DNA of 63,960 nucleotides, filler included, from Reticulomyxa filosa (GCA_000512085.1; 20 parts of 20 records of this genome joined end to end with filler, not necessarily neighbours in it); one strand, 5' to 3'. Positions 39,367 to 53,595 are shown, counted from the first letter of the whole stretch. Notes: generated by a model from the sequence alone, not told the origin. Program-made: numbers and translations.

Positions 39367-40147
39367 TTGAAAAGTGCTAAAGCAAAAATAATTTTGTAGA
39401 TACATAGAACAAATCACAGACTATCTTTCATCTATGTTGTACTATCTTATCTCTTGTATTTATTTTAAAAGTTTTGCATCATTCTTTTTCATCAGGTGTT
39501 TGAAAAATTCAATGTTAAAAAAAAACTATCTTATAAATAAAAAGTTTAAAATTAATTATCTGACTAATATTAAAGTATTTAACACAAATAAAAATAAAAA
39601 TCATTATGAGAAACAATATGATGAGCTTACAGCATGAAGAGTTTTGCAAATGCTTTTGGATGGAAAGTCTATACGAAAAGTTGCAAAACAAGATCTAAGT
39701 CCAATTGATAACATTTGATGGATTACCAAGAACGTACTAACAAAAATGGATCATTTTCCAGAAATGAGCTTTTGATGATTTTAGCAAGCGATTGCATTAG
39801 ATTGAAAGTGATTGCTTTGATATACTTATTACTTCAATGCACAAGAGCATTCATGATGTGATACATGCAAATGGCGATACCACCAAGTTGTAAATTATAC
39901 ATAAAAGCTTCTTTTAGACACAAGTGTAAACTTTTGTTCAATAGATTATTTTTTCTTTACAGTTTGATAGAGATATAATTAAAAAAATTTTGTTAAAAAA
40001 AAAGTCATAATGTAAAAGCCAGCTAAAAAAATTAAATGTACAACCTTTCAAATAAATGCAAGATATAAGATAGTACAACATATAGGAAAGATAGTCTGTA
40101 ATTTGTTCTATGTATCCACAAATTATTTTTAATTTAGCTCATTTCAA
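39367..40147 (+). mobile_element. Non-autonomous, internally deleted Tc1/mariner element with about 110-bp imperfect TIRs and TA target duplication
   Basis: 39367..39479 is the reverse complement of about 40036..40147, with TA on each side (39365-66 and 40148-49). The internal relic reads LLDGKSIRKVAKQ (HTH), then directly DLSPIDNI* (SPDLNPIENxW), then LITSMHKSIHDVIHANGDTTKL*. Confidence 0.85.
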
Positions 40148-40285
40148 TAAAGATATACAAGTCAAATACTAAAAAAGCTCTTTTTNNNNNNNNNNNNNNN
40201 NNNNNNNNNNNNNNNNNNNNNNNNNNNNNTTAATTAATTAANNNNNNNNNNNNNNNNNNNNNNNNNNNNNNNNNNNNNNNNNNNN

Positions 40286-40730
40286 TATCATTTGATCCAG
40301 AACAAATCAATTGATCACAAGCAAATGTTGAATAATCAATACTCCACACAATATTAGAATGTACAGCGAATGTATTAAGTAATTTGGATGATGAAAGAAA
40401 CGTGTCAATCATGAAGACCGTACTTACCTGTGTTAAATTATAATTATGAACAAATATATATTTGTGATTGAATGAAATAAAAAACAAAAAGAAACATAAC
40501 ATAATTGACAACAAGTTTGTCAAAATCATGGACCCATCCGAATTTAATGTATAATATCCGAATCCAATGTTGAATAATTATGTGGATCTCTTCTTCTAAC
40601 TGACCATATTTCACACAAAATAAATACAATAAACACAGCAAACACATGAAACAAAAAGCTTTTAAAAGATTGAAACCAATTTTACCAAGGCTGTTAGTGT
40701 TGAAGCTTGTTTTTCATTATAAGTGGCCAT
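40286..40730 (-). CDS. WD40-repeat protein, 5' part (truncated at contig end)
   Basis: Exon 1 MATYNEKQASTLTAL; 99-nt exon 2 LEEEIHIIIQHWIRILYIKFGWVHDFDKLVVNY; exon 3 LLNTFAVHSNIVWSIDYS...ICSGSND (first WD40 repeat). Confidence 0.75.
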
Positions 40731-41677
40731 TAATTTTTTTTTTTGCTAGTCTTAGATGAACTTTTTTTTCTCAAGACTAATGAAGGAATTGGGGCGAAAA
40801 AATTAAAACTCAACAACGTTTGTAGTTTTTTTTTTTACCAACTTTTGAAAACAGTTCAAAAAATGTGAATGAAATGAAATTTTAATGTATTGTGAAAGAC
40901 ATCAACGGTTTTTATTGTTTCCAAAGAACTTGTTATTCTTATCGTGTGTACGCTTTAAATAAAGGTATGTTATTCCTGTTAAACGCTAAAAAGTATTTTT
41001 TAAATAAATAACAAAAAAATTTACTCCACTTTATACAAAGTGAACGTGGATTGTGATTTTTCTGAAGATGAAAGTATTCTCCAAACATAGAATTTTTCCA
41101 AAACAGCTATCTGCTTGTGATGATATTGCAGCACTATATCGTCATGCATATGCATATCAATAATATTATTCTGTTGTTTAATGGAATGTTCTTTGTTTTA
41201 GCAACTGCATAAAAATATTAATTAGTTGGTGGATAACTGATACATTCGATTTATGCGTTTTTGATTATTCAAACTCCGAAAAATTCTTGTTTTCGTTATT
41301 TATATGAAACGTTTTTATCCTTTATTGAAAGCGTTTCTCAGTGAAATTCCGACAGAAGCGATTTCACAAAAACTTAGTAATAACGCAAGAATTGTCATTA
41401 CATTCATTTTGTCTGGAATAGGAAAAACTGTTAAAAGGTTATGTTCTAAGTATTTGAAATTTAATCAAAAAAGATAGTTATTTTATGAAATGATTCCAAA
41501 GGAAGGGTTTTTTCTTGAATATCCATACCCCAAAAATACTGGAGTGCTTCTTAGAATTTAAATCAAAATTTTAATAAAAAAACTATGTGTTAATACTTTT
41601 GATTGATTGTAAAAATTTGTTGAAAATAATCCTAGCTCTTTCATTTAGAAATCAAAAAAGACTTTCTTATCTTCGAA

Positions 41678-41835
41678 ATGGATCAACTTGATATGAAAAT
41701 AGAAAAAAAGGAAGAAATTTTAAATTTGTCTTCTGAGACTTTGATGTCTTTATCTCCACCATTGGAATTTACTTAATGTATACTATGCAAGGATGAAATA
41801 ATAATTTGTGGAGGAGTCATTCAGATTGTTATGTA
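41678..41835 (+). pseudogene. Kelch-like beta-propeller gene remnant
   Basis: MDQLDMKIEKKEEILNLSSETLMSLSPPLEFT*CILCKDEIIICGG: a Kelch-type LxxCGG blade with an in-frame stop, which then breaks off. Confidence 0.45.
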
Positions 41836-41949
41836 ATCAAAAATAATGTAAATTTAATTTAAATAATTATAAACATATTAAACAGATGAATATATATTTA
41901 GAAATTGTTTAGTAAGATAAATTAATACTGAGATATTGAAGATTCTCTT

Positions 41950-42290
41950 TATCTAATTACATTTTTTGAATTACTGTCATTTATATCTTGCTTCAGGAGC
42001 AAATGTTGTTTTGATAGTGTACCTTGTTGTCATTTTCACTAATCTTATTAAATGGACTAACATAATTGACAAATTTGTCAAAATCTTTGATCCATACTAA
42101 TTTAATTTTTAATATTCGAATCCAATGATGAATAATAATTTGGATCTTTTCTTCTTTTGACTGTTTCAATTACATGTTACAACGATAGTAAAATAAAGAA
42201 GAAAACTTAAAGACAAGTTGGACTCAACTTTCATTGATAAGTTTAAGTTTGTAAATTTTTTTAGTTTTCTCTTGAGATAATCTTTGATGA
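41950..42290 (-). pseudogene. Decayed WD40-family gene retaining the 99-nt N-terminal exon
   Basis: Exon 42160..42062 SKEEKIQIIIHHWIRILKIKLVWIKDFDKFVNY is bounded by AG and GT; the downstream frame is disrupted. Confidence 0.6.
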
Positions 42291-42531
42291 TGCAAGATAA
42301 AAAAAAGCTTTAACTTTTCTTTGAGTACTCAATTGTTCAAAAACGAATAAATTGTAAGCTATTTGTGAATGAAATAAATAAGTATTTGTATTTATGATTA
42401 TTCATTTAATATTAATAATTTTAATTCATTTTTCATATTTGATTGAAAATAGCTGTTAAATCTTATATTTACCTTCCTTATAACAAAATAATTTGTTGAT
42501 CAATTTTGTAAATTCAATTCAAGGGAAAAGC

Positions 42532-42575
42532 TACAGTAGGTTGCAAAGAAAAGTTGGGACCGAAAGGGTTTGAAT
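42532..42575 (+). mobile_element. Tc1-type terminal inverted repeat at a contig end
   Basis: TA-CAGTAGGTTGCA is the same terminus as at 59836; the contig breaks about 40 bp into it. Confidence 0.55.
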
Positions 42576-43377
42576 NNNNNNNNNNNNNNNNNNNNNNNNN
42601 NNNNNNNNNNNNNNNNNNNTTAATTAATTAANNNNNNNNNNNNNNNNNNNNNNNNNNNNNNNNNNNNNNNNNNNNTGTGTTCACAATGCTGAATGCTTAA
42701 TTGATTTATGTTCAAAATCAATTTGTAATTGCCGTTGTGTAAGTGTTCACTTTTCTTTTCCATCTTTGTTCTGTACATGCGATTGAAGAAAGAGTCCATG
42801 TTCGTGGATGTATTCTAATGCTATATGTAAGACACGTTTGTTGTAATATCTACTTGAAATGCTCGTTCAATGATTTATTCACTCTTTTGTCTCACTTTTT
42901 CATTTTTCTCAGTTTCACCACAAAAAAAAAACATCATTTATGATTATAAAGATGTCGTCCCAAAATAACTTTGAACATGATATATTATTGTTAGTGTTAA
43001 TTATTTGTCTTTTCTAAAGGATATTAGTTGGCAACAATGATAACACAAAAGCAAAAAAAAAAAGTTATTTCAATTGTAATTTTGAATCTTTTTAATTTAA
43101 CAGGGTATTAAACAAAAAATCATTGGAGCTCCGTCATAAAAAAAATATAAAGGATTTCTTTCAGTTTCTCTTTTATTTGACGTGATCATTCAAAAGTGAC
43201 AGCTTGAGTGAAAAGAGACTTTTTTTCCTTCTGAGACAGTGTTCACCACGTTATTTTTTTTTCAAAAGATTGGGCGATTGATTTCAATCTCTTTTCCATC
43301 TTTTTTTCTTCGTCTTGATTTAGCTTAAGAATATTTGAAATTATTATTAATTATGAATTGATGGTAAAAAATTTTGT

Positions 43378-44477
43378 TTAGAGTGGACATAAATGAGCTA
43401 GACGATGCATCCAAAATTGATGTAAAAGATGATATCTTCCTTCTATTCTATACATAGCTTGGTCATGTCCAGTATGAATAAGTGTCATATATTCAGTTTG
43501 TGGATGAAGTAAATTTTGATCAGGAGGATAATTAAAAGCACTAAAACCAAGATCAGTTGAATTATGATAAAATAAAAGATTAAATAAAGATTGATCATGT
43601 CTCCAAAATCCTTTTTCATATTTTTGTAATATACGTTTAATTTCTTGATTTAATATTTGTTGATTAGGTAATTTTTGCATATCAAAAATCATAACATTAG
43701 CTTGTTTACTATTTGGATGATCAGGATATTCTTTTAATAAATCTGCTTTTGTTTGTACATCATATTTATTTAAATCAATTACTGCTTTATACATAGATTG
43801 ATGTCTATAATCTTCTCTCCATGCTACATACACATGAGAAGGCCAATCAATTCGAGATAAAAGCGATTTCCATGAACGAATAGATAATACATCACTATCT
43901 AAATAAATTATTTTATTTATTTCAAAACCAATTCCATTTAATTCTAATGGTTTACGAAAATAAGGATGCAATAAAATATATGATTTCCAAAAATATAAAT
44001 GCCAAAATTCATTTTTTAATTCATCATTTGTAATATCTAAAAATTTTACATTTAAACATTTTAAATATCTAAAAAAATATTTATCACGTTTATGAGATAT
44101 ATCATATCCTAAAACTACTATTGTATCTTTCCAATTTCCCATTGATGGTTCACGTATATTTATTATTGCACTTAATGTAGCATTTAACCAATTATTATCA
44201 CTTAATAAAACGATTACATCTTTTTTATTTGTATCTTTATCATTTTCATTCCATTGTAATCCTAATTCTATTATTTTATCTTTTTCTATATTGTAAGTAG
44301 TTGCTTTTGTTGTTGTCCATTGACGAAAGCTACTACCCAATTCTGTGGTTTCAGATCTTGTAAATACAAACTCTTTTTGTACTAATAATATTGCTAAATA
44401 ACTTAAAATAAAGGTTAATAAGCCACTATTCAGATAGCCTAATGGATTGAGGAGATTAATGTTTTTTATTTTTTCAT
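43378..44477 (-). CDS. Glycosyltransferase family 8-like (GT-A fold), type II membrane protein
   Basis: DxD motif IIYLDSDVL, plus ANVMIFD, HDQSLFNLLF and LIH. The frame stays open upstream through hydrophobic LLTFILSYLAILLV. The nearest ATG (44477) is one base out of frame in an A run. Confidence 0.75.
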
Positions 44478-44703
44478 TTCTATTTTTTTTTTTTTTGTTT
44501 TGTTTTTGTGTCCTACTTTTTTGTTGTTGAACAATTTTAATAGATTAGGAAAAAAGATATTATTAGAAATAAAATTGCTTAAACAAAGAAAATACTTTAC
44601 AAAAAAAAAAAATCATCTTTACTTAAATTTTTTATAAAATAAGCAAAAACAATACAATTGAAAAAAAAAAAAAAAAAATAGTACACTATACATTTTTTTA
44701 AAA

Positions 44704-46996
44704 TTATGGCCATGCAGTAGGTTGTTTCATAAAAAAAGGATCATTTGTTCGAAATCTTTGAAAAGCGATTTGTTTCATTTTATTGGTATCAATAAGTCTA
44801 GTTTGTCTTAACATTGATACATATCTAGCAGCAACACGATTACCAGTTAAAACAATAGATTTAATTCCAACCAAAGGATCTTCAAATAAAAATGAGAGAA
44901 TTAATCCACATAATGCCAAAGGAAAAAATACACCACCTTTAAGCATTTTAAGCATTTGTTTATCTGGTTCATTAATAATAGAAGGATTATGATAAATTGA
45001 AACTTGATCAAGTTGTTGTCCCAAAGATTTTTCTGGTGGAATATCATTATCATTATTATCATTATTATCATTATTATTATCATTATTATCATTATTATTA
45101 TCAGTAATTTCATCCATATTCAAAAAAGAATTAGCACTAGTTTTAGTAAAATAAACACTTTGATTAATACATAATTGATCAAGTTGATCATCAATAGATG
45201 TATCTAACCAAAAATCAGCACATTGACAAATAACATCAATATATTGTTTAATATATTGAATACAAAATTTTCGATTTTCCAAAACACTATAAATTAAAGA
45301 ATCAACAACTTGTGAATTTAAAGCATTTCTTGTAAGATCAATTTTTCTTAAAAAAGCATGTTGATGAATAAAAGCAGAAATATCTTTACATTCATCATTA
45401 TTTAAATCGCAATGACTAATATTTAATACTTGTAAATAAATACATTTAGCAGCAAGAATAGAAATAATTCCATCACTAAAATCTTGAAAATCAAAAAAAG
45501 CACTTGTTTGTTGACTTCGAATATATAAACAAGAAACATCTAAACGACTAATTTTTAAAATATTTGGAGAATGAGCAAAATCAAGAAAATTAGAAAGTGT
45601 CATTCCAATTAAATCTAATGTATGAATACATCGATTATGAAATAAAGACATTCCTAAAATTTTTGCACCTTTTCCTTCAAATACACAATAATTTAATTTT
45701 AAATGATTAATAGTAATACATTCTATTTTTGTAGGTATTTGATATTGTAATTTTCTTTTCTTAAATTTATCATCTGTTCCAATTATACCTTGATTTAATG
45801 TTTCACATAATATTGTAATTATTGATTCTTTCCATATTGTTTTTGACATATCTAATATTGATACATTACATTCTTCTGTTAATAACCATTCACATAAATT
45901 ACTTATTTGTTCTTCTTTCCAATTTAATGCACATAATCTTAATTCTTTTATATTACTTCCTTGTAATGCTAACATTACAAATGATTGAAATGCTAATATA
46001 CTTTCTGAATTTGATTCCATTATATTCTTATTTCCACTTAAATCTAATATTTTTAAATTCTTTTTCATTTTACATAATGGATGTTCAAACATTTCTACAA
46101 ACATATCTAATGCTTGCCATGATAAATCATTATATGATAATTGTAATGTTTGTAAATTTTCTAAATTTATTAAACAATTCATTAATTTTGATAATCCTTC
46201 ATCTTTTAAATTATTATAACCTAATTTCAAATGTTCAAAATGTTCATTACTATTATTATTATTATTATTATTATTCATATTTGATACTACTGTTATAAAA
46301 TCACCAAAACTTTCTATTACTCCATTTTCTTCATCTTCTCCATTTTCATCTCGTGAAAATCCACATGACCATAATTCAATACCTTTTAATATTATTTTTC
46401 TTTTTACCATTTTATTGTCTCTATCTTTTATTATTTTTTATTATTTAAACAAAGCACAACACAATACAATTTTTATTTATTTATTTATTTAAATAAATAT
46501 TTTTATTATTATTTAACAGTCCCAGCTTTTTGATCGTCTTTCATTATTATTATCATTATTATAATTATCATTATTATCATCTCCTCTTCTTATTCTTTTT
46601 CTTCTTTCTTCTTCTTCTTCTTCTTCTCTGCTTCTTCTTCCTCCTCTTCCTCCTGCTCTTCTTCTTCATTTTCTTCTGCTCTTTGTTGCTGTCGTTCTCT
46701 TTTTTCATTTGGTTGATCCTGTAATTGCAAATACTCAAATGATTTATTCCATCAAAAAATTCTAACCATTCCAATATCATATCTAATGTCAAATCTTCTC
46801 TACTTATTATTAATGTATCATTCGTGATATATTTTTCAATGTCACAGAATTTTCGAGTTTTTTGTACTAATTCACTAGTGCTACTCTCTCCCCAGTCAAT
46901 ACTTACACTCAAGTCTTGTGGACTACCTTCTAAATCATCCAAATAAGAAAGAGCCAAGGCATCTAATAGTTCAGATTCCTCAGATATGGAAGACAT
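44704..46996 (-). CDS. RNI-like leucine-rich repeat protein
   Basis: LRR motifs LKLGYNNLKDEG, LQTLQLSYNDL, LKILDLSGN, LQVLNISHCDL, LRKIDLTRNAL and IVLTGNRV. Probable upstream exon at 46996..~46720 (junction uncertain). Confidence 0.75.
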
Positions 46997-47279
46997 GATG
47001 ATTCTTAGTGTTTTTTTTTTGTTGTTGTTGTTATTTTAAAAATANNNNNNNNNNNNNNNNNNNNNNNNNNNNNNNNNNNNNNNNNNNNTTAATTAATTAA
47101 NNNNNNNNNNNNNNNNNNNNNNNNNNNNNNNNNNNNNNNNNNNNCAACATCCATTGCATAAGCAAGAAATTTTATTAAAGCTGTTTTATTCAACACAGAA
47201 TTGAAACAATTTAAAATAATAAAACAACATGACATTATTTTTTTTTGTTTAACCTAATCTTTCCAAGTAATAACGAAAA

Positions 47280-48246
47280 TTTTTTCTAAAAACTCAATTT
47301 TTTCCAAATTCGACCCTTCAATACTCGAGGCCAATATGAAGAGAAAACCTTTTCAAGCAAAATAAATACAAAATAATTTTAGTATATGTATTTTGAATTG
47401 GAATTTACATACCATCTTGATTGATCAAATACAAAAATTTCTTACATAAAAAAATTCAATATCTTTTTCTTCGACGGTTATATAACTGTACGAGTGAAAA
47501 CACAAACCTTGGGCAATATCAATGGCACATTCGGTTGCCTCGTGCTTATATTGAATGGAGTGATCAAAAACCAATTTATTTTTCAGATACAATGAATTGG
47601 CCAATGCTACAAATTGTACATACAAATAATTGAAAAACATATCTTGTTGTAATAAACTGAAGTCCATTAATTTCGAGAACCACTTTTTCATAAAAGTTTC
47701 GTAGTCTGATTGTGATAATTCGAGCACTTTATCAAGATCGTAGTCTGGTCTTACCTCATTCAATTGGGGGACTCTCCCCAGATCCAATTTGTCACTCCCC
47801 TTGGCTTTTGTAATCTATTTTTTATAATTGAGTAAAAGGCCATTTGCAAATTATATATAAACATATATACATATATTTCAACAATGATTTCAAACTTTAG
47901 ATTATCAGAATAATACTCTTTCATCCATTTCAGACAATATTGAGCTTTTTCTTTATATAAAAAGGGATTACTTGCTTTGTCGACAGAGATCAAGGGGAAC
48001 TTAATTTCAGAAAATAGGGCGTATCTTGCACATTATCAAATTTGGATGGCAGTTCGACGATATTTGAATTAACATGAAAGCTGGAGGAATGTGTATCAAT
48101 GTGTTGCAAAAAAAATAATTGGAAAAACAAATCATTGATGTTTAGATTAACGCAAGACGAGACATCCAAGTGATAGACAATAATGCAATCTTGCTCAGAG
48201 TATTTTACATAATCTTGTTTGTCTTGTAATAGATAGTATTGCCAAA
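47280..48246 (-). pseudogene. RNF213/mysterin-like AAA+ region fragment (frame-disrupted)
   Basis: IVYHLDVSSCVNLNINDLFFQLFFLQHID...VELP and SLLQQDMFFNYLYVQF resemble, from memory, RNF213 FHLDVTSSV...FLFKLLILQYL and ELRNFARFLNYQL. Frameshifts near 47995 and 47440. Confidence 0.6.
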
Positions 48247-50678
48247 NNNNNNNNNNNNNNNNNNNNNNNNNNNNNNNNNNNNNNNNNNNNTTAATTAATT
48301 AANNNNNNNNNNNNNNNNNNNNNNNNNNNNNNNNNNNNNNNNNNNNCAAATAAATGAAATAATGATTTCGTAACGTATTTATATTTACATATTAACAACA
48401 CAATCGAAGAAATGAAGTTGAATGAATTTTATTCATTTGTGATTTGAAAAGAAATTTCCACATAAACAATATCATCAACACAATATAAATATTATCGTAT
48501 TAATAAATCAATTAAGATGTTTATCTTTAATAGATCACTTACATAATTAATAGATTAAAAAAAAAAAAAAAGTGTTATTCATGTACTTATTTTCGAATGT
48601 ATTACCCTTATATTTAATAAAAATTTTTGCACAATTGAATGTGCGAAATTTCGATTAATACTTAATAACAAAAAAAAGACTTATGCTCGTTGCAGAAAAT
48701 ATGTTAAATAAAGAATTTATTTATTGCGACATATGTAATTCAGCAAAGTTATTGCTGATTTCAATTAATTTCTTATATTAATCTCATATAACAAATTGAT
48801 ACATCAACATTTATTAAATTTGATTTGTTTATCATTTGGTGTTGCTAGAATATTTTCAAACAACTCCGCTCTATCTTTTGATGAGTAGATTGATGAGATA
48901 ATCCGAAAACGTGCTTAACAGCATAAAATTGTTGTTAATGACAGTGATCTCACTCACTTTAAATTAAATGTTATTTGCTACCTATTATGCAGATTGATTT
49001 TTCTTATAAAAGCTCGAATTTCAAATATCATAAAAAAAACAAGTTACATCAATTACAATATCTTCAACTGTATCTTTTTGGGCTATTTCTTTTGAATAGT
49101 GAATATACTCTTTTATAGAAAATATTGAATGCATTTATTTTATTTTGAAAATATATTCCTAAAAGTGATGTTTGAGAAACTTGTTTTACTTTTATGACGT
49201 TTCAGGAAAACATTATTGACATGCATATAATTTAACAAGTATTGAAAAAGATGTCAACGAGAAAACAAATAATTACAAGCAATAGCTAATGAAAAGAAAA
49301 GTAATCAAACTTAGATATGCTATTATTTTGTGTGATATGTTGATGAACGACAAAAAAAACAACTCTATACATGAACATCAACTAAGTTAAGTATTATTTT
49401 TGTAGGGAAAGTCCTTATTTATATAACAAAACTCAAAAGGAATCATGGAGATCCCAGTGGGCTATCTCTCCAGGAATAACACTTCATCTTTTCTTGTTTT
49501 CTTTATTTTGTGAATTATCTTTAGTTAATTAGATTAGAGGCAATATTCTATAATTCCATTAATTTTTCAGATGAAGAAACAATCAAAGAAAAAAAAACGT
49601 CTTTGAATGTGAGTTAAAGTAATAATATGTTCAATGTTAAATTTTTATTTGTTTATGCTTTAAAATATCCTCTTCTATGATATCTTTCCTACTTGTGAAG
49701 AAAGGGCTAATGATAGCACTTTATTTATCCTCGATTTTTGAATTAAATATTTGCTTATTTTTTTTAAAGTTTTTTAATGGGAAAAGTAAATGTTGAGATA
49801 TCATACCTTTTGTATATCACATTTACATTGTCATTCTCCAGTTAACACAAAATAATAAGGATGTAAAAAATAAAAACAAAAATGTATATCCAGTTACTTC
49901 CATAAATAGGTTGCTTTCTTTGTTAGAAATTGTGTTGTCCATCTGTAATAATTATTTGTTTTACACAGTTTAATGGCTTTAATTTTAATCACAATTACAA
50001 TCGTAGCTAAAAAAAACTTTCAAATCACAACCATCAAAACCCAGTTTTGCTAGCAAAACAACACGTTGTTAGTATCTTTGATTTGGATTTCTTATCATCA
50101 CACTCTTAGCTTTATTTTTTGGAAAAAAATATATCACATGTATGTTTTCATCAATTTATTTTCTTTAGTGAAATTGTTACTCTTGTAAATGATTCAAAAA
50201 TAATATTAGTGCAAAGGCAACGTTTTACTCCTTTAACTTAAGTAAGAACATGAAAGATAAAAAAATAAAAAAATGGAATTACCCCTTTTTAGAATAATTC
50301 GTTGATATTTCAAATAAATCAAATCAAATCATTTTATTACAATTTCAAATCTTTTTTTAACATTATTTTTGCATATAATTCTTTTAGATTTAGTTAATTT
50401 AAAAAACATATTCAACTCTTTAAAAACGTGTCTTGAATGTGCTTATTTCTGAACGCACGCTTATTTGTTTAAAATAATAAATAGATATTATCTAAAGAAA
50501 TTAAATGTAGGAATGAATATTATATTCATTTGTGATCTGGAAAAAAAGAAATGTGAATTATTAAAACAAGTAATATTCNNNNNNNNNNNNNNNNNNNNNN
50601 NNNNNNNNNNNNNNNNNNNNNNTTAATTAATTAANNNNNNNNNNNNNNNNNNNNNNNNNNNNNNNNNNNNNNNNNNNN

Positions 50679-51540
50679 ATAATAATAATAATAATAATAA
50701 TACACAGAGCATGCAAGAGTTTGGAGCGTTTGAGCAGAAACAACAAGAAATCCCGAAACAACTTGAACGCGTGGATGTCGACATTGGACAGTCTTTGCGA
50801 AACGATGCCACCTTGCATGGCAGGGTCATGTCCAAACTGTCCAAGTTTTTTACGTCTCCCGAATCATCTCATCACATCCCCATTCCCATTTCCACTCCCA
50901 TTTCCACTCCCATTTCCACTCCCATCACGGAAACCATCTCTCATGCTTCGCATAGACATGACAAAGTAAACGAGGACGACGACCAGGAGACAGGCTCATT
51001 ACATACGGAATTACACCACGAAATAACACACACTGAAGACACACCAAAAGTAATTGCCAAAGATGTCAAGATGAAACACTTGCAAACTAATCAAACCGAC
51101 GAGTTCCAAATACGTGCAAATGCAGATATCGACACATTACAAACAGAGTCGGAACAAACACATGGTTTGGAATTCCAACCAACAGAAACCACAACTGCAA
51201 CTATACCTCCTGCGAGTCCACTTGAAACTATACATGCAATAGAGGAAATACATTTAAGTCACTTGCAACAGTCGAATCTCATTTGCAAAAAAACAAACAT
51301 GTTGATAATGTCGATGATGTCGACAATGTCGATCATCAAAAGTCTTTTTCCATATTGGATTCACATCATCAACATGATCCACTGGATCATACGTATACTG
51401 ATATTTCCAACTCAACAGGTTACTTTGTTCTTTCTATCTCCCTTTTTTGTCAATACATTCTATTTTGCTTGTTTGAACAGAAATACCCATCACAATTGAA
51501 ACTCAATCAATAGACGAAATCAAACAAGAAAAAAGATAAT
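50679..51540 (+). CDS. Hypothetical Thr/His/Asp-rich protein, 3' fragment
   Basis: 262-aa ORF with exon-like composition and a short (PIST)3 repeat; no domain recognised. Confidence 0.4.
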
Positions 51541-51951
51541 AAAAAAAAAACAGTACACATTTTTATACTCTTATTTTAAATGAGAAATGAACGAATGTTT
51601 GTCCGTTCATCTCACGTTTTTTTAAAAAACAAATCTCCTCCTATTAATATACTTTGTCATTTTAGTACTTATTGCATTATGCAATCTCATCTTATCTCAT
51701 CACACTGCAACATTTTGTTGTGTCCGTCCTGATATTTATGAAAGTAAATTTCACCAAGATAAAAAAAAAAATGTTGTCAGTTTATTCTGTTCTTAAGTTT
51801 GCGCTTTGGCACGCACACCGAAAGCACGCCTGGTTTTGCAATTTAGATATGATTTCCCCTTCCTAATTGAAACACAATCATTCTTGACCAGATCAAATAT
51901 TTTTGTATTGGGGGAGAAACAAACGTGTTTCTATTGACACTACAGACAAAA

Positions 51952-53326
51952 ATGAGTATGGACAGTGACAGTAGCAGTAGTGAAAACAATCAAAGCAAGC
52001 TGCGTTGTAAAGTGTCGATTCCAGAACAATGGAAAAATAGTGAGTACATATTTCAAAACAAGTATTATCGATTTCACGTTGAATTGGAAGACAAGGAATT
52101 GAGAAGGGAGAGTACGAGTATATTAGAAACGTACTGTAGCGATGCAAATGGACAGGGATTGGGGAATGAGTACTTTGACGTGAACCCAGTGATCACAGAG
52201 TCGAGTGAGCGACAATACAAAATAAAAGTGGACCGAAAACATGCGACCTCAATCAATCAAATCTTATTTTGGAACGACTCCACCGAAAGTCGTCACTGTA
52301 GTATAGCCTTTGATGTATCTATCCATAAACTGTCCATGCATCATAACGATAGTCCATTTCAGTTGACATTTTATTTCGATGAGGGGCTGATATGTACCAC
52401 GGTCAGTGTACGAGTCATGTTAAGTGATGAGTGATGATCTCTCAATTTTGATTGGGTGACAATTAATTATTATTTATTGTGATTATTATGATTATGATTA
52501 TAATTATTTTTTTTTTTTTTTTTGTATTGGTTTGAAAAAAAAAAAAATGTAATACGAATGCGAGAACAGACAATACCAATTACGAGTATTGAAGAAGCCT
52601 CAGCAGTTAATCGAAGACGAAGACATCTTTTACAAAGAAGTGAAGCCGAAGACAAACTATTTGGAATACGAAATAGGCTTATGTGACTGCAATCACCAAG
52701 TGATTGGACTGCACAATCGAGACATTGGCATTGAATGCACGGTGTGTTTCAGTGACAAAAGTCACGTGTTGGGCGTGGATTCGTATTCGCAAATGGCACA
52801 GTCTCTGTTGAACATTAAGCCTTTGCAATCCAAAGCTCATGTCTCTCTTCCCACAATGATGACGACAACAACAACAACAGCGACGACGACGATGACGACT
52901 GCTGGTATGTGCCATTCCAAACTGGACGAATACTGTCCCAGTATCGTATCGATCCCGTCACCGGCAAATGCACTATTCCGCTGCGAGTCGAACAGGCCAG
53001 CAGCAAGCACGGCGATCGCAAATTCATGATCAAGTTCGCCGCCGACACAATGGCCAATCCGCTCAACTCGGATATTGCGCCGGTCTACAGCGACGAGTTC
53101 TTGGTCCGCACCAAAATCAATAAGTATCGACTGCCCGGATATCAAAGTCCAAAGGTCAAAAAAAAGTTACAACTTCAGGCCGCCATTAACGCTGCCAAGG
53201 AGCATCGCATCAAAAAAGAAGATGAGGACAACCACGATAGTCAAGATTGTCGCGACAATACCGGTAGTCATGACAGTCACGACAATTATGAGAACAATGA
53301 CTGCAATAGCAATCATAATAAATATG

Positions 53327-53366
<40 letters not shown>

Positions 53367-53562
53367 TAATAGTAATGATAAGAATGTTAATTTCAATGTG
53401 AATATCAACAGCACTGTCAATGGCAACGGCGACATTGCAATGCCAAATGGCACTCCGTTTTTCTTTTTGCCAAACTATCCTGCAAATCATTACGTTTCTG
53501 GCAACGGACCATTGCTTCCCTTTCTCATTCATGACGCCCATCTCCCTCACAACAACAACAAC

Positions 53563-53595
<33 letters not shown>

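Noticed and set aside
48347-50578. 2.2-kb contig with no ORFs
   Set aside because: AT-rich non-coding DNA; no tRNA, rRNA or repeat structure recognised.
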